From NCBI RefSeq assembly GCF_018977255.1, contig NW_024704742.1, forward strand, positions 19,718,001 through 19,782,000: a stretch of 64,000 bases of DNA, read 5' to 3'. Under the pieces are notes generated by a model that was given only the letters and a program-made list of their open reading frames with translations, made no database searches and was not told the origin of the DNA. The stretch is from Callorhinchus milii (lineage: Eukaryota). Both the position numbers and the translations under genes were made by a program. Positions 1-11,899 of the stretch are shown piece by piece (the first letter of the stretch is position 1; each line of letters begins with the position of its first letter).

Positions 1-1929
1 TCTGCCTTATTTTTATTTCCTCCAGCAGGTTAAACTCTCGTTCCGCCACTTTGCTTTTGTTTCGACATAAGTAACTTTGGTTTTGTCAGTGAAGTCTGAA
101 AGGACTTTAATTACCCATTGCTGCTGTCTATCAGATCTGTAGTTTATATTTGGTGAACCCATTAATAAGATATGCTTAATACGTTGCTTATGTAAGTAAT
201 GCATGATTTTGATCTTTACAACTGAGACGAATTAGAAAACTATGTAAAATGACTCCATAGTAGAACCTGGAACAGCACAAGTGGTTGACTTGACTTCTAT
301 GACAGCTCAATTAATGCACTTCCACCTGGTGATGATCTGGTTTGCTATTGCAGTTACCCCCTTGTGGAGTTCGTGTGCGACACTCGCTCACTGAGTAGAA
401 CGAGGTTGGCAATGATGTGGAATTGGAGTGGTGACCGTGTAAATATAACCAGACGATAGGGGAATAATTAACAGTTGTAACTTAGTAAATCCCTTGATGT
501 TTTAGCATTTCCAATGTTTTTTTAGTAACTGGCTTCAGAGCGACCGAGTGGCACACTGCTGCTGGCAGTCATCAAATAGGCTGTTGTTTGTTTCGGGGAG
601 GGAATGGGTGAAGGAGGAACTTTTTATTTTGTAAGATGCTGTTTTCCGCAGCTGAACTACACCCAAATTCAAGTTCAATCCCAACTCTTTTGTGGGGGTA
701 GCTTAACATTGGCTACAGGAGCCCTGTAGCCTGGTGTCTGTCCTGCAATGGGGTTGAGATTTGTGGAATTGGGATATATCTGAAGCCCTCATCACCAGTC
801 AGTAATTTACACTGCTAATAAGGACTCACGTGTCGACAATTGGATGGGAACTGGGTCAGACTCGGATTTTATGTATCGCATGGTGTATTGACCGTCACTG
901 TTCAGATATAACACGGGAACACTGAGGGATATGCATAATGCTGAAATACGGTGCGCCGACTGTCCAGCTTTGTGCGTAAGGCATGCAGGTGATGTGAGTG
1001 GTGACCCTAATGACTCTGGAAGTGCTGGCGAGTTGTCGCATCACAAACTGCTCTGTTAGAACGCGAGGTCTCATTTCATGGACCCCTCCCACCAACACCA
1101 CAAACCTCTGTGTTATAGCAAGATCAGACTGTACTTTCGGCTGGTGGGAATGTCCTGCAACCCTCATGGTGCAAACTGAATTGCCCATTCTTATTTTGAT
1201 TTTCAGGTATATCTAACGATTACATATTTATTTGAATTCTCTTAGAAAACTGTATGCTTTCCTGTCTTGAACATCATGTTTGCATCTCCTCGCTCCTGTG
1301 TGTGTGGGGGGGGGTGTAGAATTTAAGGATTAAATATATGTCATGTCACTGGTGAGGTACCCTGGTCTAGACTTACTCTATTGCCCGTAGCATTTCAGAG
1401 CATACGAAATTTGTCAAATTCTTAAATCATCTTTCATTTCGAGAAAATAAAATGTTCAAAATATTTCTGAGAGCCAGCAGATCGGTGGATAATATTGAAC
1501 CAAGTTGTTACCAGGAAGGATGGTTGAGACTCATTTATATTTTAACAAAAGGTATGATAATCTAACAATAGGGTGGGGGAGATCAAATGGGCCAAAGAGC
1601 ATTCTTCATCCAAACGTTTCTTGTGATCTTGTAATCTCTCCTACATTTCCCTGATTAGTCAATAAAGCCACCACCAGTTGTGAAACAGTCATGTATATAT
1701 TGAAGGCTCCAAATACAGATGTCTGACCTGTACAGTTTTTATGTCTTGACTCGCACCCAAGTCTGAGGACAACTGGAGTACTTTTGGAAGAAGAGGGAAG
1801 AAAAATTGGAGCGGGAGCGGTGAATTTTACAAAATCTTTTTTTGCCCCACTCTTTGTACAGCTGATGTGCAAAGTCACCAGTGGAACATGATTTTTGTTC
1901 TCTAACCCTCTGTTTTTGTCGTGTTGCAG

Positions 1930-2056
1930 CTGGTCACCTGCGGAGTTTGAAATAAGCCAGATTCGATTGATTATTTACCAGGATTGTGAGAGGAGGGGCC
2001 GACATGTATTGTTTGATTCTAAAGCGGTTCGTAAGGTCAACGAGACCACTGTACAG
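1930..2056 (+). CDS. FNIP2: FNIP2 coding exon 2 (127 bp)
   Basis: ttgcag|c...cag|gtaatt; encodes [36 protein letters not shown], matching the FNIP N-terminal longin/uDENN region. Confidence 0.96.
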
Positions 2057-2999
2057 GTAATTACTGCAGTCCGAGCATGTTCGATGTATGCCATGTATAT
2101 TTTTTTTGCAAGAGACAGAAAGCTTCCTGTTTAAAATGACATGGTTATTACTCACCCATCCTAAATAAACGTGTAACCAAAATGACTCTTAAAATTAATT
2201 TCAAGATTCCTCAGCATCCAGATGATCTTAACTATGTCCATGATGGAAGTTAAGGAATTAATTGTGAGAAAAATCCCTTTGTGATTTTCTAGAACCATTT
2301 ATTCTATGTCCAGCACAGAGTGTACAATACCTTTGATCAGTTATTGAGATTTACCATGACTGTTTTTGTCCGCTGGTTTCCGAAACCTAAAATACATGAT
2401 GTATCTTAAAACTCTTAAAACTTATTTTCTTCCTATGGGGGGCAACAATCGCCCAGATAAAAATTGGTCATTGCCTTCATGATTGTTTCTGGGACTTTGT
2501 TGTGTGCAAATTTGTTGCTGCGTTTACCTACAACACATAGTCACCACACTTCGCAGTAAATACACAGTGAAATGTCCCACCAATATAGTGCTATATCAAA
2601 TGTAAGCATTATTAAACTGGCAGCTGCATTCATCTACAAATTCAAGTCAATTACTTTACAGTAAATTCTGAAGTGCTATGAAGTTTTTTTGAGATGGTAA
2701 TTGGTGTGAGCGGTAATTGGTGACAATAACAGTAGTGTTTTCTGTGTTGGGCATTGTACTTTATTGGTGCACAAATATGTGATTTCAGATTCAATTTATT
2801 CTTCCCCTTATTTTTCTATCTGTATGAAAGAGAGAAAAAAATCCAAATTAGTCACATGTTTATTTTAACCCAGAGCAGAATATCTCATGATCTATCCAGT
2901 GGTCAGCTGCCAGACAAGATAACTGGGTCAATCACAAGGTTTCTCTGTGTGTTTGACTGCATTTGACTTGCAGGTGACTCAATAGGCATGAGTTAGGAG

Positions 3000-3470
3000 A
3001 GGTGAAAGTGAGCTGAAAGGTGGGGGGGGTGGAGAGATCACTGAAATACAGGGTATTAGGGTATGATGTGGGATTTATAGGGTAGGATGAAGAGTTTGAA
3101 GTCAATTTGTTGGAGATGCAGCCTGATGAGTAATTGGGGTGATGGGCGCGTGGAGTTAGTACGGCTGAGGTTGGCAGAGTTTTATATCGGGTGGAGCTTG
3201 TTGTTTGGTGGAACTTGGGAGATCAGCGAGGAGTGAGGTTGGGAAGCAACAAAGGAGTGAATGAGTTCTCAACCGCATTTGGTGCGAGATGATGGTGCAG
3301 GCAACGACTAAGAAAAACGGTCTTGGTCAGCGACCGAATAAAGAAGGAGAGCTGAGGATGGCCGAGGTTGCACACTGGCTCAGTGAGTTTGAGAGGGAGG
3401 TCGAGGAGGTCAATCAGAAATATGGAGATGTTGGCGGGTGGTGACAATTTGGAAAAAAACGAGGGGAGAA
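3000..3470 (-). mobile_element. Degraded L2 fragment
   Basis: LKLTEPVCNLG-type translation; purine-rich plus strand like the other L2 copies. Confidence 0.65.
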
Positions 3471-5621
3471 GAAACACGGGCAAGGAAACAAATTAGTTTA
3501 GTTTGATGAAATGAGTGGGTTATTTATACTGTCACCAAGGCTGGGCATAATCCCCACGTCCTTGTTATAAGCAGGTAATGCACTGTTAGCTGGGAACCTG
3601 CAGTACAGATGTGGGGCACTGCAGTAAGCCATCAAACCTTCAATTACCAATATGTGTAGCCAACAAAACTATGAATATTGGGGTGGGGCTGCAGAGTTTC
3701 AGGATGAGGCCTGATATGTCGCTGGTTGTTTGATGCCTTCTACTGCGAAGCTTTGCTTCGCGGCTATTTTTGGAGCATTGCTGTGCGGAAATTGGCTGCC
3801 GCCTTCACTTCCAAAATGCCAGTCACTTCACTCTACAGTACATCTTGTGAAACGTTTTGAAATGCTCTCCCGACAGGAAAGGCGCTATACCAGTTGTAAG
3901 TATTATTATGGTGGGCTAGGAGTGAAAGAAAACATAATTAAGGTCCATTAATCTGCTGCGTATGCAAAGAACATTGCTTGTCCTGTACTGCATCTGGTAA
4001 GTAGTGAAGTAGTATTAATGTGGAGCAACACTGAAAGCAAACATAGAGCAACTTCAGATATTAACCTCCATTCCCATTACTTGGCTTGCAAACTGTTCAC
4101 CTACAGAATACTCAGTCATTATACTTTATAGTAAATCCGTGTGAAGTGCTTTGTAGCCCACAAATTATTGACATTTCTGACGGGAAAGGAGTTATATCAA
4201 ATGCAAAGCTTATTCAAAAAACTGATGGTAGGACCTGCGTGAGCAATATTTTCATATGCTGATATTCCGCAGGCATGCACGGAAGTTATGCCAACAAAAG
4301 CTATAGCGAGAAAGATATCTTTGGGTACAAATTCTGTTCAGCGATATGTGCAGCAACGTTGGTGATATGGGCCACCAATAGGATTTCCCATTCTATTCGC
4401 ACCTCACCAAAAGCAACACTGATCAGAAGTTTTACTTACTGCTGGGATGGAGGGAACTGTCCCTCTCATCCTTAGTGCCTTCTGTTGGAGGTGCTCTTCA
4501 TACCATTTACCCTCACTGCCCAAACCAGCTATTAAAGCAGGGGACCTTTGGTTATGTGGTTTTAAGGTTCAATTGTAACTTAAATCATTGGGAGAGCAAT
4601 ACCGCAAGAGCTGTGAGACACCATTGTGAAGTGCAAGAACAGAATGTTACCGAAATGGCTTTTTGGTTGACAGTATTGAATGAGGCGTGTGACTTAACAT
4701 TTATTAGGATCTTCTGATGTTTCGGATCATTTGAGAGCTCCATAAATGACTAGTGCACCCTGTTTGGATACAGTCAACTTTGCAGGGTGGCTGATTTCGA
4801 GATGCAAATGATAGCCCATGCTCTCCAAAGATCAAAAGAGAAGAATCTTCTTCTGCTCACTTTAACTCTTCAAGTTCTCGGGTCCATGAGACAATAATAA
4901 ATAATAATAATAACCAAGGTTTTTCCTTGTATTTGTAACTGGCGTTGTTCATTCACCTACAAAATACATTACTCTCTACGGTATATTCAGTGAAGTGTTT
5001 TGAGGTTTCCTCTGATGTGAAAGGCGGTATACCAAATGTAAGTTATAATAATAATCTTTGATTTGATATAGCGCCTTATCATGCCGATGAGACATCTCAA
5101 GTGCTTCACAGAATATACTGGAAAGTGAATTGACTATATTTTGCAAGGGAGACGTGGCAGCTTATTGCACACTAAAGTAGGTAAGTATCATTATTGAGGA
5201 CAATATTTGATTAGTTGGCGTGCTGGGAGTTTTATAAATATTTTTAAAAATTCCAATAAATTGAACATTATATGATGAACATGTTTGATGCTCATTCAGC
5301 ATTTCAGCTGATATAATATTTCTTTCAGGAATGTTGTTGCATTATTCTCTAAGGAATAGAGGTTTATGTAAAACCTGAAATTTTTTAGTCCTCTGTGTTT
5401 TTTATTGCAGCGTACCTGCTAGTTTAAGTAACTTGGGTGTATTCCTTTTGTGTAAGAACAAGTCTTCTTTTCCTTTTCTCTCTTCTCAGTTTCTATGCCA
5501 AATATCATAAAGTGTACAACAGAGTCATTGTCACTGAACAGATGACACATAATTGCTCGGCAACACTAAATAGGTTGAGAGCGAATTGGTGAAACTCAGC
5601 TCACTTCTTTTCTTAACATAG

Positions 5622-5759
5622 AAAAACACAGATGATCTGTCAAAACCATACGGGAGGTACGGACACCTGGGGGCCTCTGGTCCCTGCAGCGGCACATCCT
5701 CACAGAATTCCTCTTCTGCTGGAGTTTCTAAAACAAAGGAGCAGATGCCCAGGTATCAG
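5622..5759 (+). CDS. FNIP2: FNIP2 exon 3 (138 bp)
   Basis: catag|aaa...cag|gtgggt; KNTDD...KEQMPRYQ (human KEQLPKYQ); phase 0-0. Confidence 0.9.
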
Positions 5760-6531
5760 GTGGGTGGAATGAATCTGTGCATCAGGTATATATATGTATT
5801 GCATACACATCTGACCCTGCAGCTCAGAGATTCAGGTGGGAGTTGTTCATTGTCGGGTGGAGTCACTGCAGCAAATACCTTGAGGAGGTTTCTCCAAACG
5901 GAGTATTGGGGTAAGCTGTAACTTTTGTGTTGAAGGCTATGAAGGTGACTTTAATTTACAGCTTAAAGATTCATGAGAATATTAAGCTTGGGCTTCATTG
6001 ATGAGTTCAATTGGAGTTAATGGAATAATATTTAAATTTGCAGATGCTACTAAATTACTACGTCTTGTCTAGAGCTGCGTGGAATTAACCTTAAGACCAT
6101 TAATTCGGTGTAGAATTGTGGAATATCCTAAATTCAGTCTTAAATCAAAATGGACCTTGGGTGAAGATCATGAAGAGCTTCATGCCAGTAATCTGATCTG
6201 GAACCTTTCTCGTCTGCGCCTTGACTAGTCTCGTCAACCGTGCCTGTGGTCACCCTCCTACCCCTACCTTCCCCACCCTCCAGACGTCCTCCTGACATGA
6301 AAGGCACTATATAAATGTTTGTTGTTGTTGTTGTCTGCATCGCTCAGCCACTCCCTGTCTGGCTAAACTTGTTGGACCATTGGAAAGTAAGGGACCTCTA
6401 GTTGTACCCTTACAGGTTCCACCAGCACCAAACAAATGTTATATTGTTATGACTGGGAGGCATTCTCTGCTTCACTGGTTAACTGCACAAATGACATATA
6501 GTATTGCTTATGTGGTGCTCGTATATTGCAG

Positions 6532-6632
6532 TATTCTCGGCCTGCTTCTGATGTCAACATGCTGGGAGAAATGATGTTCGGCTCCGTGGCAATGAGTTAC
6601 AAAGGCTCCACGCTGAAAATTCATTACATACG
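6532..6632 (+). CDS. FNIP2: FNIP2 exon 4 (101 bp)
   Basis: [33 protein letters not shown](R); FNIP2-type sequence; AG/GT boundaries. Confidence 0.97.
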
Positions 6633-6906
6633 GTAAATGAAAGTCGGGTTGTTTAGTTTCTATTAAAAGAACTGTGCATTCTTCATCTCTTTTTAAAAAA
6701 AAGAAAAGCACCTTGATATTAAATTAATTGCTCGTAATTCATATAACTTTTATTGAATTCTCTTCTCTCTCACACCTTCAAGCACCTGTGGTGCTCACGC
6801 CCCAAACTTCTGATTTAGAGGCGAGAGTGAGGTTAAGTGAACCAGGCTTTTGCCAGTCTATGGTGTTGAAGTGACTGATGTGTGTTGTCTTTTTGTTTTC
6901 TTTTAG

Positions 6907-6978
6907 ATCTCCCCCTCAGCTGATGATCAGTAAGGTTTTCTCTGCTAAAATGGGCAGTGCTGGTGGAAGCTCTAACAC
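6907..6978 (+). CDS. FNIP2: FNIP2 exon 5 (72 bp)
   Basis: SPPQLMISKVFSAKMGSAGGSSN; ttttag|...|gtaagg. Confidence 0.96.
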
Positions 6979-7694
6979 GTAAGGTTCTGCTGCTTCTTAC
7001 CCTTCTTTCAAACAAACAATCACAAGGCTGATTTTGCACAACATATGAGTGTGGTGAAATGGAAACTCGATTATCTGCCTCTTATCCCCTTTTCTCTTTC
7101 ACTACCCCCGCACCCCCTAAAATGTTGGATGATCAAGTCCCAGTGTAAAGCAAAAGCCATATTTTGTGTATATATAAAGAAAACTGCACAAGCAAATTCA
7201 ATTTAATCTCCACACTTTCAGGATCCTTCCCTGAATATGTTTTTTTTGTTGAGATTTTGTGCATTAAGAAAATCTTGATAATGTAACTCCCAGAGCCTTT
7301 CACTTTTACATCACCTCAAACACCATTAAATCTGCATTCCCTTCACATGCATTATTCATAAATGCATCTCAAAAGCCTTCAGGTGAATAATTTCAAAATT
7401 GATGGAAAGCACTTTGCTGAAAAAAAATGGCAGATTTTGGAAATACAGTGTAGCCTCTCATCTTTAGCCTATTCAATCAGTGCTGCTCTCTGCATGCAAT
7501 TAAATAGTCTCTTAACCTCCTATGATGTACAGATTTTAACCCAGTTAGCCGTTTTAATACCCATCATCGCATGGTTATTAATGATTCCTACGTAACTTGA
7601 GTATGTGCTTAGGGTTATGGTAAAAATCAGCTAGTGTAAATTTCATTGGATAAGCAGGATGGCAGCACTGTACTTGAAGAGGTAGAGAAGATCA

Positions 7695-8078
7695 GTGGAG
7701 TCCTGTAGCTCAATGGTTGGAGCACTTGCTTCGTTGCGAGAGACCCAAGGTTAGATTCCCAACAGGACGAAACATTTGGCAAGTTTCCTTACTCCACATG
7801 CCGATGTTTAGTGTTTAGGATCCTACTAGCAGTAAGTATGGTTTGTTAGTCGATTGGCGGATCGCTTTTCCAAGGGTAATAATTCCTTTAAAATAAATAT
7901 AAATAATTTGGTCACTTCATTCCACGACTGTTTGTGGGGCGCTGCTGTGCGCAATTGGCTGCCGCATTTCGCCCACAAATTATACAGTCAATTCACTTTA
8001 CAGTATATTCTGTGAAGCGCTTTGAGACATCTCGAAGATGTGATAAGGCGCTATATCAAATGCAAGGATTATTATTAT
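7695..8078 (+). mobile_element. tRNA-Ala-derived SINE, near full length
   Basis: A box TAGCTCAATGG, B box GGTTAGATTCC, shared body, tail ...ggcgctatatcaaatgcaagg(att)n. Confidence 0.9.
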
Positions 8079-8377
8079 CAATTAATGGTACAGCACAGAG
8101 ACCCGACCGGAGAAACTTCCAGGTCTGTCTGGTTTGGTTTCGAGGCTGTCTTGGGTCCCAAGATATTTTGTAACTCCATCCCACAGTCCCTTTCCTCCTT
8201 CAAGCCCTGCCTCAAAACCCTCCTCTTTGATTGTGTCTTCGGTCAACCTCCCAACCCTGCCCTCCACCCCTCCTGATCCCAGCCCCAGTTCGGGTTCCAA
8301 ATCCTTGTACAATGTTATTTATTATTGTTGTTGGCGTCCTCACCTAGCTTGGTCATTGTTTGAATTGCTGTTCGCAG

Positions 8378-8475
8378 GCTGCAAGACAGTTTCGAATACA
8401 TCAACCAGGAAAACACCAGCGGGAAGCCCTGCCCCAGTCAGAACGGCAGTCACTGTCGTGCGGACAGCAACCTGG
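8378..8475 (+). CDS. FNIP2: FNIP2 exon 6 (98 bp)
   Basis: LQDSFEYINQENTSGK...SNL; cgcag|...|gtaagg. Confidence 0.95.
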
Positions 8476-8605
8476 GTAAGGGTCGTTTCAGGCACAATTT
8501 AATTTAATACCTCCTGGAAATTTCTCCTTGTTTTTCTTTTGTGTTGACGTTATTCACATGTTCACTTTTTTTTACTTTTTTTTTTAAACCTTCCATTTTC
8601 ACCAG

Positions 8606-8701
8606 GTTTTGGTCGCTTGCAGCTTTGCGGCAGCAAGTTGCTGCTGTGCACTGCTGGAGCAGGGCAGCTACAGCTGGTGCGAAGTGCTTCTTTCTTTGCA
8701 G
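8606..8701 (+). CDS. FNIP2: FNIP2 exon 7, probable cassette exon (96 bp, phase 1-1)
   Basis: Pyrimidine tract + accag|...g|gtttgt; GFGRLQLCGSKLLLCTAGAGQLQLVRSASFFA, with the RSASFFA motif of the FNIP alternative exon. Confidence 0.88.
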
Positions 8702-8830
8702 GTTTGTGTGGAATGCCGGGCACGGTGTGCACCACACAAGCACGTTCTGACGCACAGAAATATAGGGCTGAACATCACCAGCGCTGCAACACCATCCATC
8801 CCGTTGAGGTTTTTTTTTTAATCATATTAA

Positions 8831-9135
8831 GGAATCCTCTAGCTTAGTGATTAGAGCTCTCGCCTCGCAAACGAGAGGACCCAGGTTCGATTCAGTAGTA
8901 ATTAGGAACCTGGTTGTTTGTCGATTGGCAGATCGCTAACTGGGGGTAATAATCCCTTCAAAACAAAATTTAATCACTCAATCCACAACTGCTTGTGGGA
9001 GAGTGCTGTCCACAATTGGCTGCCACGTTTCGCTCACAAAATATACAGTCAATTCACTTTACTGTATATTCTGTGAAGCGCTTTAGACGTCTCAACGCAG
9101 TGATAAGGCGCTATAATCAAATGTAAGTATATATT
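8831..9135 (+). mobile_element. tRNA-Ala-derived SINE (internally deleted)
   Basis: Same head and tail as the 7695 copy. Confidence 0.88.
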
Positions 9136-9515
9136 GTAAATCAATTTGCTGTTGTTAGTGAGTTGCGTTTCCAAGTGGGGAGTGCAGTATCTTTACTGTT
9201 CCTGCACGAGCAATGGGATATTTTTGCATTTGTGATAACGCTGTGAACGGTTAACAAGGTAGAATATTAATCTTCATCGATCAGTGCGAGTTCAGCCCTT
9301 ATATTTCCAGTGTGATCATTGATTGAGTTGATTGATTTTTTTCTCTGGCATGTGCTTTTCACAGTTTTTACCCTGAATTACATTTGCCTCACGTGTTGCA
9401 TAATCCGGAAGCTTGACGGCTGTTGGCGTTGATTATTGTGTTAACACGCAGGTTGTGTTATGTTCCTCAGTGTGTCTGTAGCGGATGGCAAGAAAATTAC
9501 CAGATTCCTCAATTC

Positions 9516-9534
9516 TGGTCACTAGGTGGCAGCT
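9516..9534 (+). promoter_or_regulatory. CTCF-like motif
   Basis: TGGTCACTAGGTGGCAGCT versus consensus CCASYAGRKGGCRS. Confidence 0.5.
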
Positions 9535-10715
9535 TCAATACAAAGTGTATCAGTTCTGCTGCCTTTACACAAGCTCCACTCTCTGTGTGTGCGTCAGTGT
9601 GTGTCTGTCTGTGTGTGTCACTAGTAATGAGCTGGATGGAAATCTGACCTACAGCACAAAAATAATAAATGAGGAATCGTGGGATTTATTCCATTTTTGC
9701 TGACCAGGATGTGTGCGTGACTTCAGTTATGAGTGAATAGGTTACTTCACTCAATACAGCTTGAATCACGTGCTTCTTCATGTACCCTGCTGCAGTTGTA
9801 ACATTGCAAGAGACCCAACAGTTTTTTTTAAAATTACAGTGAACTCCTGATAATAAAACACTGGCTTATATAATCACATGACTAATATTGTCATGTTCAA
9901 TATTCCGGCTGCTTCCTGTGCAAAATGTGAATAAGAGGCACCCACCCCCACTTATTTCATCACTTATAAGGTATAAAGTCGTAAGTAAAATATCAGGTAT
10001 TATCATCGAAGCAAAGTTATCTGTACCGTAAGGAAATGTCACTGAGCCACTCAGCCAGTCACACCACACGCAAGGGACCCAATGCCAAGTCTCATGAAGA
10101 GGGGCTCAGCATGGGAAAATTAAAGTGAAGAAACTGGAGAATTGTAATTGTAAACCAGAATTAATTTCTAGCTTCATAAAATGTGTCATAGAAGGAAGTG
10201 ACAGAAAATCTAAATCGGTGACAAACCGAGAGTGACGAATATCGTCTTTCCTGGACTGACAATATGTTGGGATTTTATTGTACGTACAATTTTCTTTTAA
10301 GATACCCACCCCCATCCCCACCACGTGAAATCTTAAAAGAAATGTGATTAGGATTTCACCTCCATTGAAAATTGAGGCAACTTTTTTTTCTCACTGATCC
10401 CCTGTCCAGAAACTGTTGTATTAAAAGCTTAAATACTGAAGGAAGCCTTTGACCTTCTCCTTCCTTCCTTCCTTCCTTGAATATATTCATATCTCAAATG
10501 AGTTGCAAAACTCTGTTCAGGATGTTGCTATTATTTGCTTTTTTTTAACATTACTGCATCTTGGTTCGCTTTACGAACTGCTAACTTATCAACCGAGTGG
10601 AATAACCGTTTTTTATCTGCTTGGTTTCAGAGTAGAGATTGTGTTCAGAGTTGCAACGTAGGCAGTCATTGCTAAGCTGAGGTAAACGTGCTAACACAAA
10701 CTGTATTGCTCACAG

Positions 10716-10787
10716 CTCACAGTACACCTGTTGATATGCCAAGCAGAGGCCAAAATGAAGACCGAGACAGTGGTATAGCCCGATCTG
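10716..10787 (+). CDS. FNIP2: FNIP2 exon 8 (72 bp)
   Basis: [24 protein letters not shown]; cacag|...|gtgaga. Confidence 0.97.
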
Positions 10788-11113
10788 GTGAGACTTGTTC
10801 AAATACTTTCTAATCTATTTATTGGAGTTTTATGTTAGTCATGCAGTAGAGTTTATAACGTGGCATTGCAGACATTTTGGAAGCGAAGCTGCAATTGTTT
10901 TAAATGTAGTGTTCCTCTCTTTCTAAAATATTGCAATACAATTTACACTTTATATAGCAATGTTTATGTTGAGAGGACGTGTTAAAGCAGTTTACACAGC
11001 TGGCTGGGCACCCAATTCGGGGGGGTGGTGATGAGGTTCGGTAGGGAGGAGGGTGTCTGATGACCAGCCTTGATGTAGGCTTTGAAAATAGTGTCTTTAT
11101 TGTTTCCTCGCAG

Positions 11114-11249
11114 CCTCCCTAAGCAGTCTGTTAGCTACACCGTTCCCATCTCCGAATTCCTTCTCATCTTCCAGCTGTGCCAGCAGCTTCCAGCGTCGCT
11201 GGTTGCGTAGCCAGACCACTAGTTTGGAACACGGCATTTTTCCCAGGTG
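11114..11249 (+). CDS. FNIP2: FNIP2 exon 9 (136 bp)
   Basis: [16 protein letters not shown]...[20 protein letters not shown]; |gtaagt donor. Confidence 0.97.
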
Positions 11250-11899
11250 GTAAGTCCTGATTTTTATATTTCAATTTCAGCGATTGTATCCCTCCTGAGG
11301 TTGTTATTGTGCCATTTCAACTTCTGCTGCGCTTTCTTCTTGAAGTTGAGTCTCAAATGAAATCTGACTGTAGGAGAGAATTTATTCCACACCAGATTTA
11401 ATCCGATTGAGAACGTGTTGACTGTTCAAGCACTTTGTACTTCTTGAGCATATACACAAGCACAAAACTATCCACAGTTGGCAGTCTCGCTCAGAGCGGT
11501 TGCAATGTGGTTGGTAGGGAACTTGCAGCACAACTTTGGTGTATTAGTGGTACTGTGCTGAGGCAGAATAGAGACAGCTTTACTCTTCATCTGACTTACG
11601 CTATACCTGAATTCTACTAATTCTAACCCTAAAGTGCCCCAAGTGCGGAGAGTTTTCTACACCTCCCCCACCCCCTCCCTCTCAAAACAGTCCTCGTCAT
11701 TATGTTGAATTGGAGAATGAATCCACATTTCTGGTCTCTAATTTTCACACTAAAAACATTGCCTAGCTTTGCCAAACTTCGCCACTTTTGAGGGGCGTTC
11801 CTTCAGTCATGTGCACGAACATCCTACAAACCATTGCGTGCAGTGCTTTTTAAGTGTAATTAACTCGTCTGAATCTGGCTGAGACAAGGGCTCATATAA

